DNA from: Bacilli bacterium
GTDB taxonomy: Bacteria; Bacillota_I; Bacilli_A; ML615J-28; CAG-698
Length of the DNA: 64,000 nucleotides
NCBI GenBank assembly: GCA_017962745.1
Contig: JAGCUR010000003.1
Coordinates: forward strand, 459 to 64,458
Direction of reading: 5' to 3'
Made by a program: the position numbers and the translations under genes. How positions within the stretch are numbered: the first letter of the stretch is position 1; the number at the start of each line of letters is the position of its first letter. Of the stretch, positions 20,553-30,236 are shown piece by piece. The notes under the pieces are model-generated. The model searched no databases. It was given only the letters and a program-made list of their open reading frames with translations, and was not told where the DNA came from.

Positions 20553-20888
20553 TTACTCCATGTTCTTTAATTTATTAATTAAATCTAATACTTCATTATT
20601 GTTAGAACTTGCGTATTCTTCCAATAATTCATTTAGTTTATTTTCTTTTTTTAATAATCCTAGTTTATTTTCATAATTATCGAGATTATCAATTACTTTC
20701 TTTAATTGATCGTGTACTGCGTTTCTACTAACATGCGCATTATCAGCTATTTCAAATAATGATAAATCATTAAAATAATAATCTTCAAAATAACTTCTTT
20801 GCTTATCGGTTAATAGATTTTTATATAAATCATATAATGAAGAATAATACTCTTTCTTTTCAAACTCAGTCATTATCTTCTCCATCAA
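20553..20888 (-). CDS. ylxM: YlxM/UPF0122 putative HTH protein
   Basis: Conserved position between ftsY and ffh. LTDKQRSYFEDYYFNDLSLFEIADNAHVSRNAVHD. Confidence 0.8.
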   Translation of the reverse strand: MMEKIMTEFEKKEYYSSLYDLYKNLLTDKQRSYFEDYYFNDLSLFEIADNAHVSRNAVHDQLKKVIDNLDNYENKLGLLKKENKLNELLEEYASSNNNEVLDLINKLKNME

Positions 20889-21849
20889 TCATATCCGCAA
20901 ATAATCCGTATACATATTTCTCTACATCAAAGTATTCTAAATCTTCAACTTTTTCGCCTAACCCAACAAACTTAATTGGAATATTGTAAATATCTCTAAT
21001 AGCTAAAACAATTCCACCTTTAGCAGTACCATCTAACTTAGTAAGGACAACACCACTTACATCAGTAGCTTCAATAAATGCTTTAGCTTGATTTAGACCA
21101 TTTTGACCAGTAGTAGCATCAATTACAAGTAATGTATCTTGAGGAGCACCTTCAACTTCACGGCTGATTACGCGTTTAATCTTTTCTAATTCTTTCATTA
21201 GATTAACTTTAGTCTGAAGTCTACCTGCTGTATCACAAAGTAAGACATCATAATGTTTTTCTTTAGCTTTCTTAATACCATCAAATATAACACTTGATGG
21301 GTCAGCTCCTTCAGCTCCAGTTATACATTCAAAGCCGATTCGTTTGCCCCAAACTTCTAATTGTTCGGTTGCTCCTGCTCTAAATGTGTCCCCTGCAGCG
21401 ACAAGCACTTTCTTACCTTCTTTTTTAAGTTTGTATGCTACTTTCGCAATAGTCGTAGTTTTACCTACGCCATTAACACCTACAAATAAATATACGTTTA
21501 ATTTATCTTTACTAACATTTAAGTTAGAATTTACGATTTCGCCTTTTAGATAAATCTCAAACATCTTATCCACAATTATCGGTTGTAAGTCACTAGCTGA
21601 TGTAATGTTTTTAGTTCTAACATCATCTTTTAACTCGTCAATAAACTTAACAACAGTTTCTACACCCATATCAGCCATAACAAAGATTTCTTCTAATTCA
21701 TCAAATAAATCTTCAGTAATTTCGTTATAACTCTTGAATAAGTTAGATAACCTTGCTAAGCCACTCTTACGAGTTTTTTCCATACCGATACGATATTTCT
21801 TTGCTTCTTCTTTCTTTGCTTTACTTTTAAATATACTAAATAATCCCAT
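20866..21849 (-). CDS. ftsY: Signal recognition particle receptor FtsY
   Basis: GVNGVGKTTT, DTAGRL and TKLDGTAKGG. Confidence 0.95.
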   Translation of the reverse strand: MGLFSIFKSKAKKEEAKKYRIGMEKTRKSGLARLSNLFKSYNEITEDLFDELEEIFVMADMGVETVVKFIDELKDDVRTKNITSASDLQPIIVDKMFEIYLKGEIVNSNLNVSKDKLNVYLFVGVNGVGKTTTIAKVAYKLKKEGKKVLVAAGDTFRAGATEQLEVWGKRIGFECITGAEGADPSSVIFDGIKKAKEKHYDVLLCDTAGRLQTKVNLMKELEKIKRVISREVEGAPQDTLLVIDATTGQNGLNQAKAFIEATDVSGVVLTKLDGTAKGGIVLAIRDIYNIPIKFVGLGEKVEDLEYFDVEKYVYGLFADMIDGEDND

Positions 21850-22054
21850 ATTACCACCTTTATATCACATTATACCATAAAACAAGTCCTTAATAAACTA
21901 ATTTAATCTTAAAAATAGAAACTTAAATCTATATCTTTTGTTATTTTTTACGAAAAAATATATTAATTGATAAATTATTAAAAACTATAAGAAATTAATT
22001 ATTTAAATTTTAAATATATATATGATTATTCTTTTATGAAAGGAGAATACTTAT

Positions 22055-22900
22055 ATGAATAATAAAGATAATAATTATGAATTAATTAAATTTGAAGATG
22101 GTGATTTTAGTTTAGATGTGAAAGTATCACCTAATGAAGATACGGTATGGTTAACTCAACAGCAAATATCCGATTTATATGGAAGAGATATTTCCGTAAT
22201 TTCACGACATATCAAAAATATAATGTATGAAAAAGAATGCACAGAAAGCAATTTGCAAAAAATGCAAATTCCTTTTTCTGATAAGCCTGTTGTTTTATAT
22301 GATTTAGAATTCATTATTTCAATTGGATATCGCATCAAGTCTATGCGTGGCGTTATGTTTCGAAGATGGGCAAATTCAATTCTAAAACAATATTTACTTA
22401 ATGGTTATGTTATTAATAAAGATCGTGTCATTGCTTATCAATCAAATATATTAAAACTAGAAGCTAGTTTTATTAATATAGAAAATAGATTAAAGAATTT
22501 AGAAGAAACTGTATATGCGGATAATGACTTAATTGTTTTTGAAGGTGAAATATTAGAACCTTATACATTCTTAAGAAAACTATTCTTTTTAGCTAAAGTT
22601 AGGATAATAATTATTGATAATTATGCGGATAGCTTTTTACTATCAATGTTAAGCGATATTAAAGTTAATATTATTATTTATACAGCTAATAATTCTTATC
22701 TTTATAATACAAATATTAAAGATAATATTAGTATTATAAATACTGATTTATTTCATGATAGATATTTAATAATAGATGATATTACTTATACTATGGGTAC
22801 ATCATTTAATAGCATTGGTAAGAAACGATTTACCATAACTAGATTAAAAGATATAACTGCTGATATGTTAACTAAAAGCATTAAAAAAGTCTCTATTTAA
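22055..22900 (+). CDS. RhuM/ORF6N-family DNA-binding protein
   Basis: TVWLTQQQISDLYGRDISVISRHIKNI...YDLEFIISIGYRIKSMRGVMFRRWANSILKQYLLNGY matches the RhuM family core as I remember it. The C-terminal IIIDNYAD...HDRYLIIDD...G.S.N..GKK module is typical of ORF6N-type proteins. Confidence 0.7.
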   Translation: MNNKDNNYELIKFEDGDFSLDVKVSPNEDTVWLTQQQISDLYGRDISVISRHIKNIMYEKECTESNLQKMQIPFSDKPVVLYDLEFIISIGYRIKSMRGVMFRRWANSILKQYLLNGYVINKDRVIAYQSNILKLEASFINIENRLKNLEETVYADNDLIVFEGEILEPYTFLRKLFFLAKVRIIIIDNYADSFLLSMLSDIKVNIIIYTANNSYLYNTNIKDNISIINTDLFHDRYLIIDDITYTMGTSFNSIGKKRFTITRLKDITADMLTKSIKKVSI

Positions 22901-22919
22901 AATAGAGACTTATTTTATT
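22883..22919. terminator. Bidirectional terminator (RhuM-like gene / topA)
   Basis: Perfect 11-bp stem aagtctctatt/taa/aatagagactt (22887-22911) flanked by A6 and a T-rich run. Confidence 0.65.
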
Positions 22920-24886
22920 TCATCTAAAGATGTATATGTAGTTTTACATTTAGGATATTGATCACAAGCATAAAACTTTTGTCCTTTGCTTCTTCCTCTT
23001 TTACTAACTCTTTCTACGATATATCCTTTTTCACAGTTAGGACATTTAATACCTGTACTAACTGGAACCTCTTTTTCTTCTTTAGATCTAATGTATCTAC
23101 ATTTAGGAAAACCGCTACAAGCAATAAATTCCCCAAATCGACCATTTCTAATTAGTAATGGTCTACCACACTCTGGACATGCTTCATCAAGTTCGATTGG
23201 ATATTTTCTATCCATGTTCTCATCCGCATAATCTAGAAGTGGCTTATAATCATAATAGAACTTCTTTAGTTCAGTTACTTCATCAGCTTTACCGACTGCT
23301 ATATCATCTAACATGCTTTCCATATTAGATGTATATTCAATATTAATCACTTTATTAAAGTATTGATCAAGTGTATCACTAGTTAAAATTCCTTGTGGAG
23401 TTGCCACAAATGCTTTTTTCTCTAGCTTAGCATAGTTTCTAATCTTTAATGTTTCCATAGTAACAGCGTAAGTTGATGGACGGCCAATACCTAATTCTTC
23501 CATTTTTCTGATTAATCTTGCTTCAGTATAACGAGCAGGTGGGTTAGTGAACTTTTGTTCACTTCTAATACTGCCTTTAACGGTATCACCTTCATTAATC
23601 TTAGGTAAGCTCTTAGTATCATCAATATCTGGATAAATCTTTAAGAAACCATCAAATAATACTTTTTCACCAGTCGCATCAAATTCATAACCATTATTAT
23701 TAAATGTTACTTTTTGATCTTCTACAACTGCACTAGCCATTAAAGCACTAACAGCACGGTTATAAATTAATGAATATAATTTATATTCATCACTTGATAA
23801 ATACTCTTTAACCTTATCAGGTGTATTAGTTACAATACTTGGTCTAATAGCTTCATGGGCATCTTGCACGTTTGCATCATTTGCATTTGATGCAAAGTAG
23901 CCATGGAAATAATTACTACCATATGTTTTTTCAATATATGCTTTAGCACCATAGATAAATTCATTCGAAAGTCTAATACTATCAGTTCTCATATAAGTGA
24001 TGAGACCGACTCTATCAGCACCCATGTCAACACCTTCATATAACTTTTGGGCGATTAACATTGTTTTCTTAGCCGTAAAGCCTAAACGAATTGATGCATC
24101 CTGTTGAAGAGTGGAAGTAGTATAAGGAAGACTAGGTTTTTTAGTTCTCTCTTTAACAGTAAAACTAGAAACGATTGCTTCTTCTTTTAGCTTAGCAACA
24201 ATACTATTAGCATCAGTTGCATTATTAACACTAATCTTTTCTCCATTAAATCTTTCTAATTTAGCTTTAATGACTCTTGCACCTTTAGCTGCATCAAAGA
24301 AAATATCATAGTATTCAACTGGTGTAAATGCCTGAATTTCTTTCTCTCGATCACATATTAGTTTTAATGCAACCGATTGAACTCGACCTGCTGACTTTGA
24401 TCCAATCTTCTTTTGAAGAAGTTTAGATAAACTAAAGCCAATAATTCTATCAACTATTCGGCGTGATTCTTGTGACTTAACTAAGTTAATATCGATATCA
24501 CGACCTTCTTTTAAAGCGTTTAGAATAGCGCCTTTAGTAATTTCATTAAAGACAATCCTCTCATATGGCTTATCTTTTAATTCTAATACTTGAAGTAAAT
24601 GCCAACTGATTGCTTCTCCTTCACGGTCGGGGTCGGTAGCCAGATATACTTTATCAACACCTTTAGCTTCTTTTTTAAGAGTCTTAACAAGTTCGTGCTT
24701 ATCTTTCATAACTTTATACATTGGCATAAAGTTATTATCGATATCAACGCCATATCCACCATATCCGCGTGTTGTTAGGTCACGGATATGACCAAGGCTT
24801 GATGTAACGTGATAATCACTACCTAAATATTTTTCAATTGTTTTTGATTTAGCAGGTGATTCTACAATCACTAAATATTTTGCCAT
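22910..24886 (-). CDS. topA: DNA topoisomerase I
   Basis: TOPRIM start MAKYLVIVESPAKSKTIEKYLG, DPDREGEAI, and C-terminal Cys4 zinc ribbons. Confidence 0.95.
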   Translation of the reverse strand: MAKYLVIVESPAKSKTIEKYLGSDYHVTSSLGHIRDLTTRGYGGYGVDIDNNFMPMYKVMKDKHELVKTLKKEAKGVDKVYLATDPDREGEAISWHLLQVLELKDKPYERIVFNEITKGAILNALKEGRDIDINLVKSQESRRIVDRIIGFSLSKLLQKKIGSKSAGRVQSVALKLICDREKEIQAFTPVEYYDIFFDAAKGARVIKAKLERFNGEKISVNNATDANSIVAKLKEEAIVSSFTVKERTKKPSLPYTTSTLQQDASIRLGFTAKKTMLIAQKLYEGVDMGADRVGLITYMRTDSIRLSNEFIYGAKAYIEKTYGSNYFHGYFASNANDANVQDAHEAIRPSIVTNTPDKVKEYLSSDEYKLYSLIYNRAVSALMASAVVEDQKVTFNNNGYEFDATGEKVLFDGFLKIYPDIDDTKSLPKINEGDTVKGSIRSEQKFTNPPARYTEARLIRKMEELGIGRPSTYAVTMETLKIRNYAKLEKKAFVATPQGILTSDTLDQYFNKVINIEYTSNMESMLDDIAVGKADEVTELKKFYYDYKPLLDYADENMDRKYPIELDEACPECGRPLLIRNGRFGEFIACSGFPKCRYIRSKEEKEVPVSTGIKCPNCEKGYIVERVSKRGRSKGQKFYACDQYPKCKTTYTSLDEIK

Positions 24887-24919
24887 ATTTTTTCCTCACT
24901 ATATCATTCTCGCGCAACC

Positions 24920-24949
24920 ATTATAACAATGTTTTTTTAAAGATGTCAA
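24920..24949 (-). promoter_or_regulatory. Promoter for topA (extended -10)
   Basis: Minus strand reads TTGACA (24949-24944), an 18-nt spacer ending in TGT, then TATAAT (24925-24920). Confidence 0.45.
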
Positions 24950-25043
24950 GCGTAAAAATCTTAAAAATTTCCAAACTCAAATGTAAATTCACCCCCAAAT
25001 TTCCGCGATTTTGGCTACCTATTTACAAACGATAATGTAAATT

Positions 25044-25073
25044 CATAAAAAAAATAATGGCATAGCCATTATT
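25044..25073 (-). terminator. Terminator after nagA
   Basis: aataatggc/ata/gccattatt (25053-25073), followed on the minus strand by T8. Confidence 0.55.
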
Positions 25074-26214
25074 TTTCATAAACGATATTACCGCCTCTTA
25101 CTGTTAGATAAACATTGAAATCTTTATCCACTACTGCGAAGTCAGCGTCTTTATCTTTTTCAATTGAACCTTTGTGATCATAGATTCCTAAGTTTAAAGC
25201 TGGATTGATTGTAGCAAGGTCTACTGCTTGCGTAAATGATAGGCCAATAACTTTAGTGAAATTAGCCATCGCTACATTCATCTTTAAAGTAGATCCCGCA
25301 ATTGTTCCATCTGCAAGTCTAGCAAAACCATCTTTAACATAAACTGGTTGGCCACCTAGGGCATACTGTCCATCTTCTAAATGCTTTGCTTCCATGCCAT
25401 CAGTAATAGCAATTACTTTATCTAAGCCTTTACATCTAAGTAAGATCTTAATAGCAGTTGGTGATACATGGAATAAATCCCCAATTAGTTCGCATCTTAC
25501 ATTATCACATGTAAGAGCTGCTCCAACTGTACCAGGTTCTCTATTCTTAAATGCTTGCATAGCATTATATGTATGCGTAGTACACTTCATACCACTTTGG
25601 AAGCCTTCCATTGCTTGCTCGTAAGTAGAAGCTGTGTGACCTAAAGATGCTACGATGCCTTTAGAGTTAAGATAGTTAACTAATTCTTTACCATTATTCT
25701 CATAAGCCATTGTAATAATCTTAATGTTATTACCGCTAACTTCTTCAAAATGTTTAAACTTCTCTACATCGCAATCTAAAATCCACTGTTCGCCTTGAGC
25801 ACCTTTGAAGTTCTTAGAAATAAATGGACCTTCTAAGTGAATTCCTATTACTTCAGCTCCTTCAGGATTTTGTGATTCAATATATTCTTTAATATTAGAT
25901 AAAGCGGCATCAATCGCTTCAATTGACTGTGTCATTGTAGTAGCACAAAAACTAGTTACACCTTCTTTAGCAACAGTCTTTGCAATGTTTTCAATATGTT
26001 TATATTCAGGATACATTGCATCTGAATTGTTAGCTCCATGGATATGTTCATCAATAAATCCCGGAATGACGATTTTATCTTCAGATAATGTTAAATAGTC
26101 AGGATGATTTTCTTGGCTTACTTTTTTAATTTTACCATCTTCAACCGTAATTGTTCTCTTAACAATTCCGATTCCTTTAAGATATACATTAACGTTATTA
26201 AACCCTTTAATCAT
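25069..26214 (-). CDS. nagA: N-acetylglucosamine-6-phosphate deacetylase
   Basis: Amidohydrolase metal motif GFIDEHIHG, HLEGPF and the family-typical length. Confidence 0.9.
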   Translation of the reverse strand: MIKGFNNVNVYLKGIGIVKRTITVEDGKIKKVSQENHPDYLTLSEDKIVIPGFIDEHIHGANNSDAMYPEYKHIENIAKTVAKEGVTSFCATTMTQSIEAIDAALSNIKEYIESQNPEGAEVIGIHLEGPFISKNFKGAQGEQWILDCDVEKFKHFEEVSGNNIKIITMAYENNGKELVNYLNSKGIVASLGHTASTYEQAMEGFQSGMKCTTHTYNAMQAFKNREPGTVGAALTCDNVRCELIGDLFHVSPTAIKILLRCKGLDKVIAITDGMEAKHLEDGQYALGGQPVYVKDGFARLADGTIAGSTLKMNVAMANFTKVIGLSFTQAVDLATINPALNLGIYDHKGSIEKDKDADFAVVDKDFNVYLTVRGGNIVYEK

Positions 26215-26222
26215 AATATCTC

Positions 26223-27461
26223 CTATTCAAAATGATAATTCGTTAAATCCGCAATACTTACTTCTTCAGTAGTATTTTCTTTTACATCCTTAACTTCTAC
26301 AATACCTTCAGCTGCACGTCTACCAACGATTACTCGATATCTTATACCGATTAAGTCAGCATCGTTGAATTTAACACCAGCCGATTCAGCTCTATCATCA
26401 AATAATACTTCGTATTTTTGTTCTAGTTTATTTTGTAAATCTTCCGCAATTTCAAAATTAGTAGTTCCTGGTTTATCTAGGGCAATAACATGAATCTTAA
26501 ATGGAGCAATTTCAGTTGGCCATAAAACTTTTAGATCATTATTGTTTTGTTCTAATACTGCCATTAGTAATCTAGAAATACCCATACCATAGCAACCCAT
26601 GATAACTGGTTTCTTTGATGAATCTACATCTACAAAACTTAAACCCATTGGTTCAGAATATTTTGTACCAAGTTTAAAGATATGACCTACTTCAATTCCT
26701 TTAGCATATTTAATAGTTCCACCATCTGGAGCTGTAGCGCCTTCTTCTAGACCGCATAATTCTAAGTTAGCAGCGTATTTACCTGTTGTAGAATAAGCGA
26801 TTGTATCTTCACCGATGTCACAAAGAACCATAAATTCTTCACTTGAGTTACCACCGATTTGACCGCTACATGCGCTAACGATTCCATAGTGTAAGTTAAG
26901 TCTATCTAAAATATTAATATAAGCTTGTCTAACTTTTAAATACCATTCATCTAAATCAGCTTCATTTGTGTGGAAAGTATATAAATCTTTCATGATAAAT
27001 TCTCTACCACGCATTAGGCCAAATCTTGGACGGAATTCATCTCTAAACTTAGATTGAATTTGATATAAAGCAAGAGGCAACTTTTTATAACTAGTTGCGC
27101 TATCTCTAACTACAGTCGTAATTACTTCTTCATGAGTTGGACCTAAACAGAATTCTCTATCATGACGGTCAGTAAGTCTCATTAATTCCTTACCATAGTT
27201 TGCCCATCTGCCACTTTCTACCCAAGCTTCTTTAGCTTGAAGTGCTGGCATTAATAATTCTGAACAACCAATCTTATCTAATTCTTCACGAATAATATCT
27301 TCAATTTTCTTAATAACTCTATAAGCCAAAGGTAAGTATGTATAAACACCTGCAACGTGTTGTTTAACATAGCCGCCTTTTAATAGTATTTTATGACTAT
27401 TAATTTCAGCATCTTTTGGCATATCACGAAGAGTTGGAATAAATGCTAAACTTTGTTTCAT
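26223..27461 (-). CDS. proS: Proline--tRNA ligase, bacterial type lacking the INS editing domain
   Basis: Class II motifs FRDEFRPRFGLMRGREFIMKD and GCYGMGISRL, plus an anticodon-binding C-terminus. It is only 412 aa. AANLEL is joined to GIEVGHIF by a linker of about 20 aa, where E. coli-type enzymes carry a domain of about 180 aa. Confidence 0.9.
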   Translation of the reverse strand: MKQSLAFIPTLRDMPKDAEINSHKILLKGGYVKQHVAGVYTYLPLAYRVIKKIEDIIREELDKIGCSELLMPALQAKEAWVESGRWANYGKELMRLTDRHDREFCLGPTHEEVITTVVRDSATSYKKLPLALYQIQSKFRDEFRPRFGLMRGREFIMKDLYTFHTNEADLDEWYLKVRQAYINILDRLNLHYGIVSACSGQIGGNSSEEFMVLCDIGEDTIAYSTTGKYAANLELCGLEEGATAPDGGTIKYAKGIEVGHIFKLGTKYSEPMGLSFVDVDSSKKPVIMGCYGMGISRLLMAVLEQNNNDLKVLWPTEIAPFKIHVIALDKPGTTNFEIAEDLQNKLEQKYEVLFDDRAESAGVKFNDADLIGIRYRVIVGRRAAEGIVEVKDVKENTTEEVSIADLTNYHFE

Positions 27462-27464
27462 AAT

Positions 27465-29108
27465 TTAACCTCTTATTAAACGCATTATATCGTTGAATGT
27501 TACGACAATCATTAAACCAAATAATAAAATCATTGTAACAGTAATTAATATAGTTTCTACTTTTGGATTAGGTTTCTTTCTTGTAATTGCTTCATATGCT
27601 ACAAAGACTAATCTACCACCATCTAAGGCTGGGATTGGAAGTAAGTTCATAATACCAATGTTTACGCTTAGTAAGCCAATCCATCTAAGTAAAGTAGTAA
27701 AACCACTTTTAGCCGCATTAGCAGTATATGAGAATATCGCTACAAATCCACCCATGTTCTTAAGACCGATGCCACCTGTAAATAATAACTTTAAAGTATT
27801 AATGATTGCTACGCTACTCTTTAGAGTCATCTTGCCAGAGTATGCAAAGCTCTTAAAGAAATTAAATTTATTAGTTGGACTTACTCCTAGAGTAATCTTA
27901 GCTAGTGGAATTGGATCTTCATTTAAGTTAGCTGAAGCTTTTAAGATGCTTTGTGAATAAGGACTAACAGTAATGGCTTCATCACGTCCTTCCACATATA
28001 TTTTCATCTTATTACCTTTTGCATTAGCCATTAAGACATTATATAAATCTTGTAAGCAGTTAATATCTGTATCATCAACTTTAACGATTACATCGCCTAA
28101 GTTTAATCCTGCTTTATGAATAGCAGCTTTATTAAAGCCTTCTTCATAAGTCTTAGCGCTTTCTTCCGATAAGTATTGGAAATTACAAATTACTTTACCT
28201 TCACCGTTTTGGTAAAAACCAACACCGCCTAAAGCATATGATGTAAGTTCTGGATTGATATTTGAATTATAAGTTGCCCCATCTCTAACATAAGTACAGT
28301 TAATAGTGTTAGATGTATATGTATTAGTTTTAGAATATGTTGCCATGAATTCTTCTAAATCAGTCCAGTTATTAATTGTATATGTATTTCCATCAACTAT
28401 AAACTGAGTGATTTCATCACCTGCTTGAAGGCTTGCAATACTTGCTGGTGTTTCTTCTGTTACACTACCTAGTACACTACTTGATGTATTTGTGAAACCT
28501 TTGATTAAGCCTGCAATGAAAAATACGATTAAAGCTAATACGAAATTCATTAAAGGTCCACCAAACATAATTAGTGCTCTTTGATATTTCTTTTTCGCAT
28601 TAAGAGTACGATTATGCGGAGCCATTTGAATTTCTTCTTTAGCTAGTACAAACATTGCAGCTGGATCTACTGGATAGATGATAGTTTCTTCATCTTCTTC
28701 ATTTTCTTTTACTTCTACAAATAAATTTCCAGTGTCAGCTTCATCATATATATCGTAGCTTACAAGCTCATATGCTTTAATCTCATTGAAATGGGCATTC
28801 TTTTCATCCACATAAAACTTCTTAACTACGCCATCTTCAATTCCTAGGCGTACTTTTTTTAATTTCTTTAAAGGATCAAGTTCTTCCTCTTCACCTGCGA
28901 TGGCACAAAAGCCACCAATTGGTAATGCACGAATTGAGTATGTAGTTTCCCCTTTTTTCTTCTTAACCAGTTGAGGACCCATTCCGAAAGCAAATTCTCT
29001 ACAAAGCACGTTAAACTTACGAGCAAAGAAGAAATGTCCACCTTCGTGAATACATACGATTAATCCTAAAGCAAATATGAATGCAAGAATACTAATCAAA
29101 ATATCCAT
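27465..29108 (-). CDS. rseP: RIP metalloprotease RseP/RasP (site-2 protease, M50)
   Basis: HEGGHFFFA (HExxH) in TM1, two PDZ-like segments, and the C-terminal NLLPIPALDGGR motif. Confidence 0.88.
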   Translation of the reverse strand: MDILISILAFIFALGLIVCIHEGGHFFFARKFNVLCREFAFGMGPQLVKKKKGETTYSIRALPIGGFCAIAGEEEELDPLKKLKKVRLGIEDGVVKKFYVDEKNAHFNEIKAYELVSYDIYDEADTGNLFVEVKENEEDEETIIYPVDPAAMFVLAKEEIQMAPHNRTLNAKKKYQRALIMFGGPLMNFVLALIVFFIAGLIKGFTNTSSSVLGSVTEETPASIASLQAGDEITQFIVDGNTYTINNWTDLEEFMATYSKTNTYTSNTINCTYVRDGATYNSNINPELTSYALGGVGFYQNGEGKVICNFQYLSEESAKTYEEGFNKAAIHKAGLNLGDVIVKVDDTDINCLQDLYNVLMANAKGNKMKIYVEGRDEAITVSPYSQSILKASANLNEDPIPLAKITLGVSPTNKFNFFKSFAYSGKMTLKSSVAIINTLKLLFTGGIGLKNMGGFVAIFSYTANAAKSGFTTLLRWIGLLSVNIGIMNLLPIPALDGGRLVFVAYEAITRKKPNPKVETILITVTMILLFGLMIVVTFNDIMRLIRG

Positions 29109-29117
29109 ATTGTTTAC

Positions 29118-30236
29118 CTATTTTGAAATCTCATCTATAACTTTATAAATATCTTCTATTGAAGGAGATTGTATATTTTTATCTAAATATAAATTAACAT
29201 AACTGTTAATTATATTTTCAATTTCTAGAAATTCGATTTCACCTTTCAAAAACTTATTTACTGCTAGGTCGTTAGCAGCACAGTAGACCGCTGGCATAAT
29301 GCCGCCCATACGAGCGACTTTATATGCTAACTCTAGCATCGGATAACGATTATAATCCATCTTCCTAAAATGAAGGTTAAAAGTATCCGTCAAATCAAAA
29401 TTTTTACTTAAATTACAAGCTAGTCTTTCAGGATAAGTTAGCGCATACTGGATTGGTAGCATCATGCTTGTTACCCCCATTTGGCAAATAACTGATCCAT
29501 CCTTAAACTTGATAGCTCCGTGAACGGCGCTTTCTTGGTGTAAAACAGTTTTAATATGGTCATAATCAAAACCAAATAGATGGTGGGCTTCGATTACTTC
29601 AAAACCTTTATTAACCATTGTGGCACAGTCTACTGTTATTTTACCACCCATCTTCCAAGTTGGATGGTTTAATACATCATTTATTTTTACACCTTTTAAA
29701 GCGCTGCGGTCTAGATCTCTTAAAGCGCCACCGCTAGCAGTTATAATTAACTCGCTAACTTGGTTTTTATCTTTACCATCCAAGCACTGAAAAATAGCGC
29801 TATGTTCGCTATCAATTGGTAGCATTCTAACGTTATTTTCTTTTAGTAGCTTATTAATAATATCGCCTGCTAAAACAAGTGATTCTTTATTAGCTAGCAG
29901 TAATTCTTTTTTAGCTTTGATTGTAGCGATGCTAGCAGCGAGGCCTGCCACACCTACTAACGCATTAATTACGGCATCGGCTTCACTATTTTTAATAAAA
30001 TTATCTACATCATAATAAAACTTAACATTTGGGTATTTAGCTTCTAAATATGATTTCTCTTTTACCCAAACGGCTTTTAAGTTTAAGTCGTTAATATATT
30101 TATCTAACTTTTCGAAACTTGTATTACAGCTAGCAGATTCTACAATATATCTATCCAGACTATTAATTACATCTACTGCCTGTGAGCCAATTGAACCCGT
30201 AATTCCTAAGATACATATCTTTTTCATTTTATGCAC
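29118..30236 (-). CDS. dxr: 1-deoxy-D-xylulose 5-phosphate reductoisomerase
   Basis: ILGITGSIGSQA, LANKESLV, PIDSEHSAIFQC and HPTWKMG. Confidence 0.92.
   Translation of the reverse strand: MHKMKKICILGITGSIGSQAVDVINSLDRYIVESASCNTSFEKLDKYINDLNLKAVWVKEKSYLEAKYPNVKFYYDVDNFIKNSEADAVINALVGVAGLAASIATIKAKKELLLANKESLVLAGDIINKLLKENNVRMLPIDSEHSAIFQCLDGKDKNQVSELIITASGGALRDLDRSALKGVKINDVLNHPTWKMGGKITVDCATMVNKGFEVIEAHHLFGFDYDHIKTVLHQESAVHGAIKFKDGSVICQMGVTSMMLPIQYALTYPERLACNLSKNFDLTDTFNLHFRKMDYNRYPMLELAYKVARMGGIMPAVYCAANDLAVNKFLKGEIEFLEIENIINSYVNLYLDKNIQSPSIEDIYKVIDEISK

Noticed and set aside
22022-22039. Five-codon uORF (MIILL*) just upstream of the RhuM-like gene
   Set aside because: It has no RBS of its own. 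Such mini-ORFs are expected by chance in AT-rich leaders.
25016-25046. dif-like site (TAATGTAAATT resembles the XerD arm TTATGTAAACT of Firmicute dif)
   Set aside because: The putative left arm matches poorly. The 12-mer occurs twice. Gene orientation does not switch here, so this is not a terminus region.
27493-27960. 155-aa plus-strand ORF inside rseP
   Set aside because: It lies antisense to a well-supported M50 protease gene. Its composition is low-complexity, Ile/Leu/Phe-rich and typical of shadow ORFs in AT-rich DNA, and it has no RBS.
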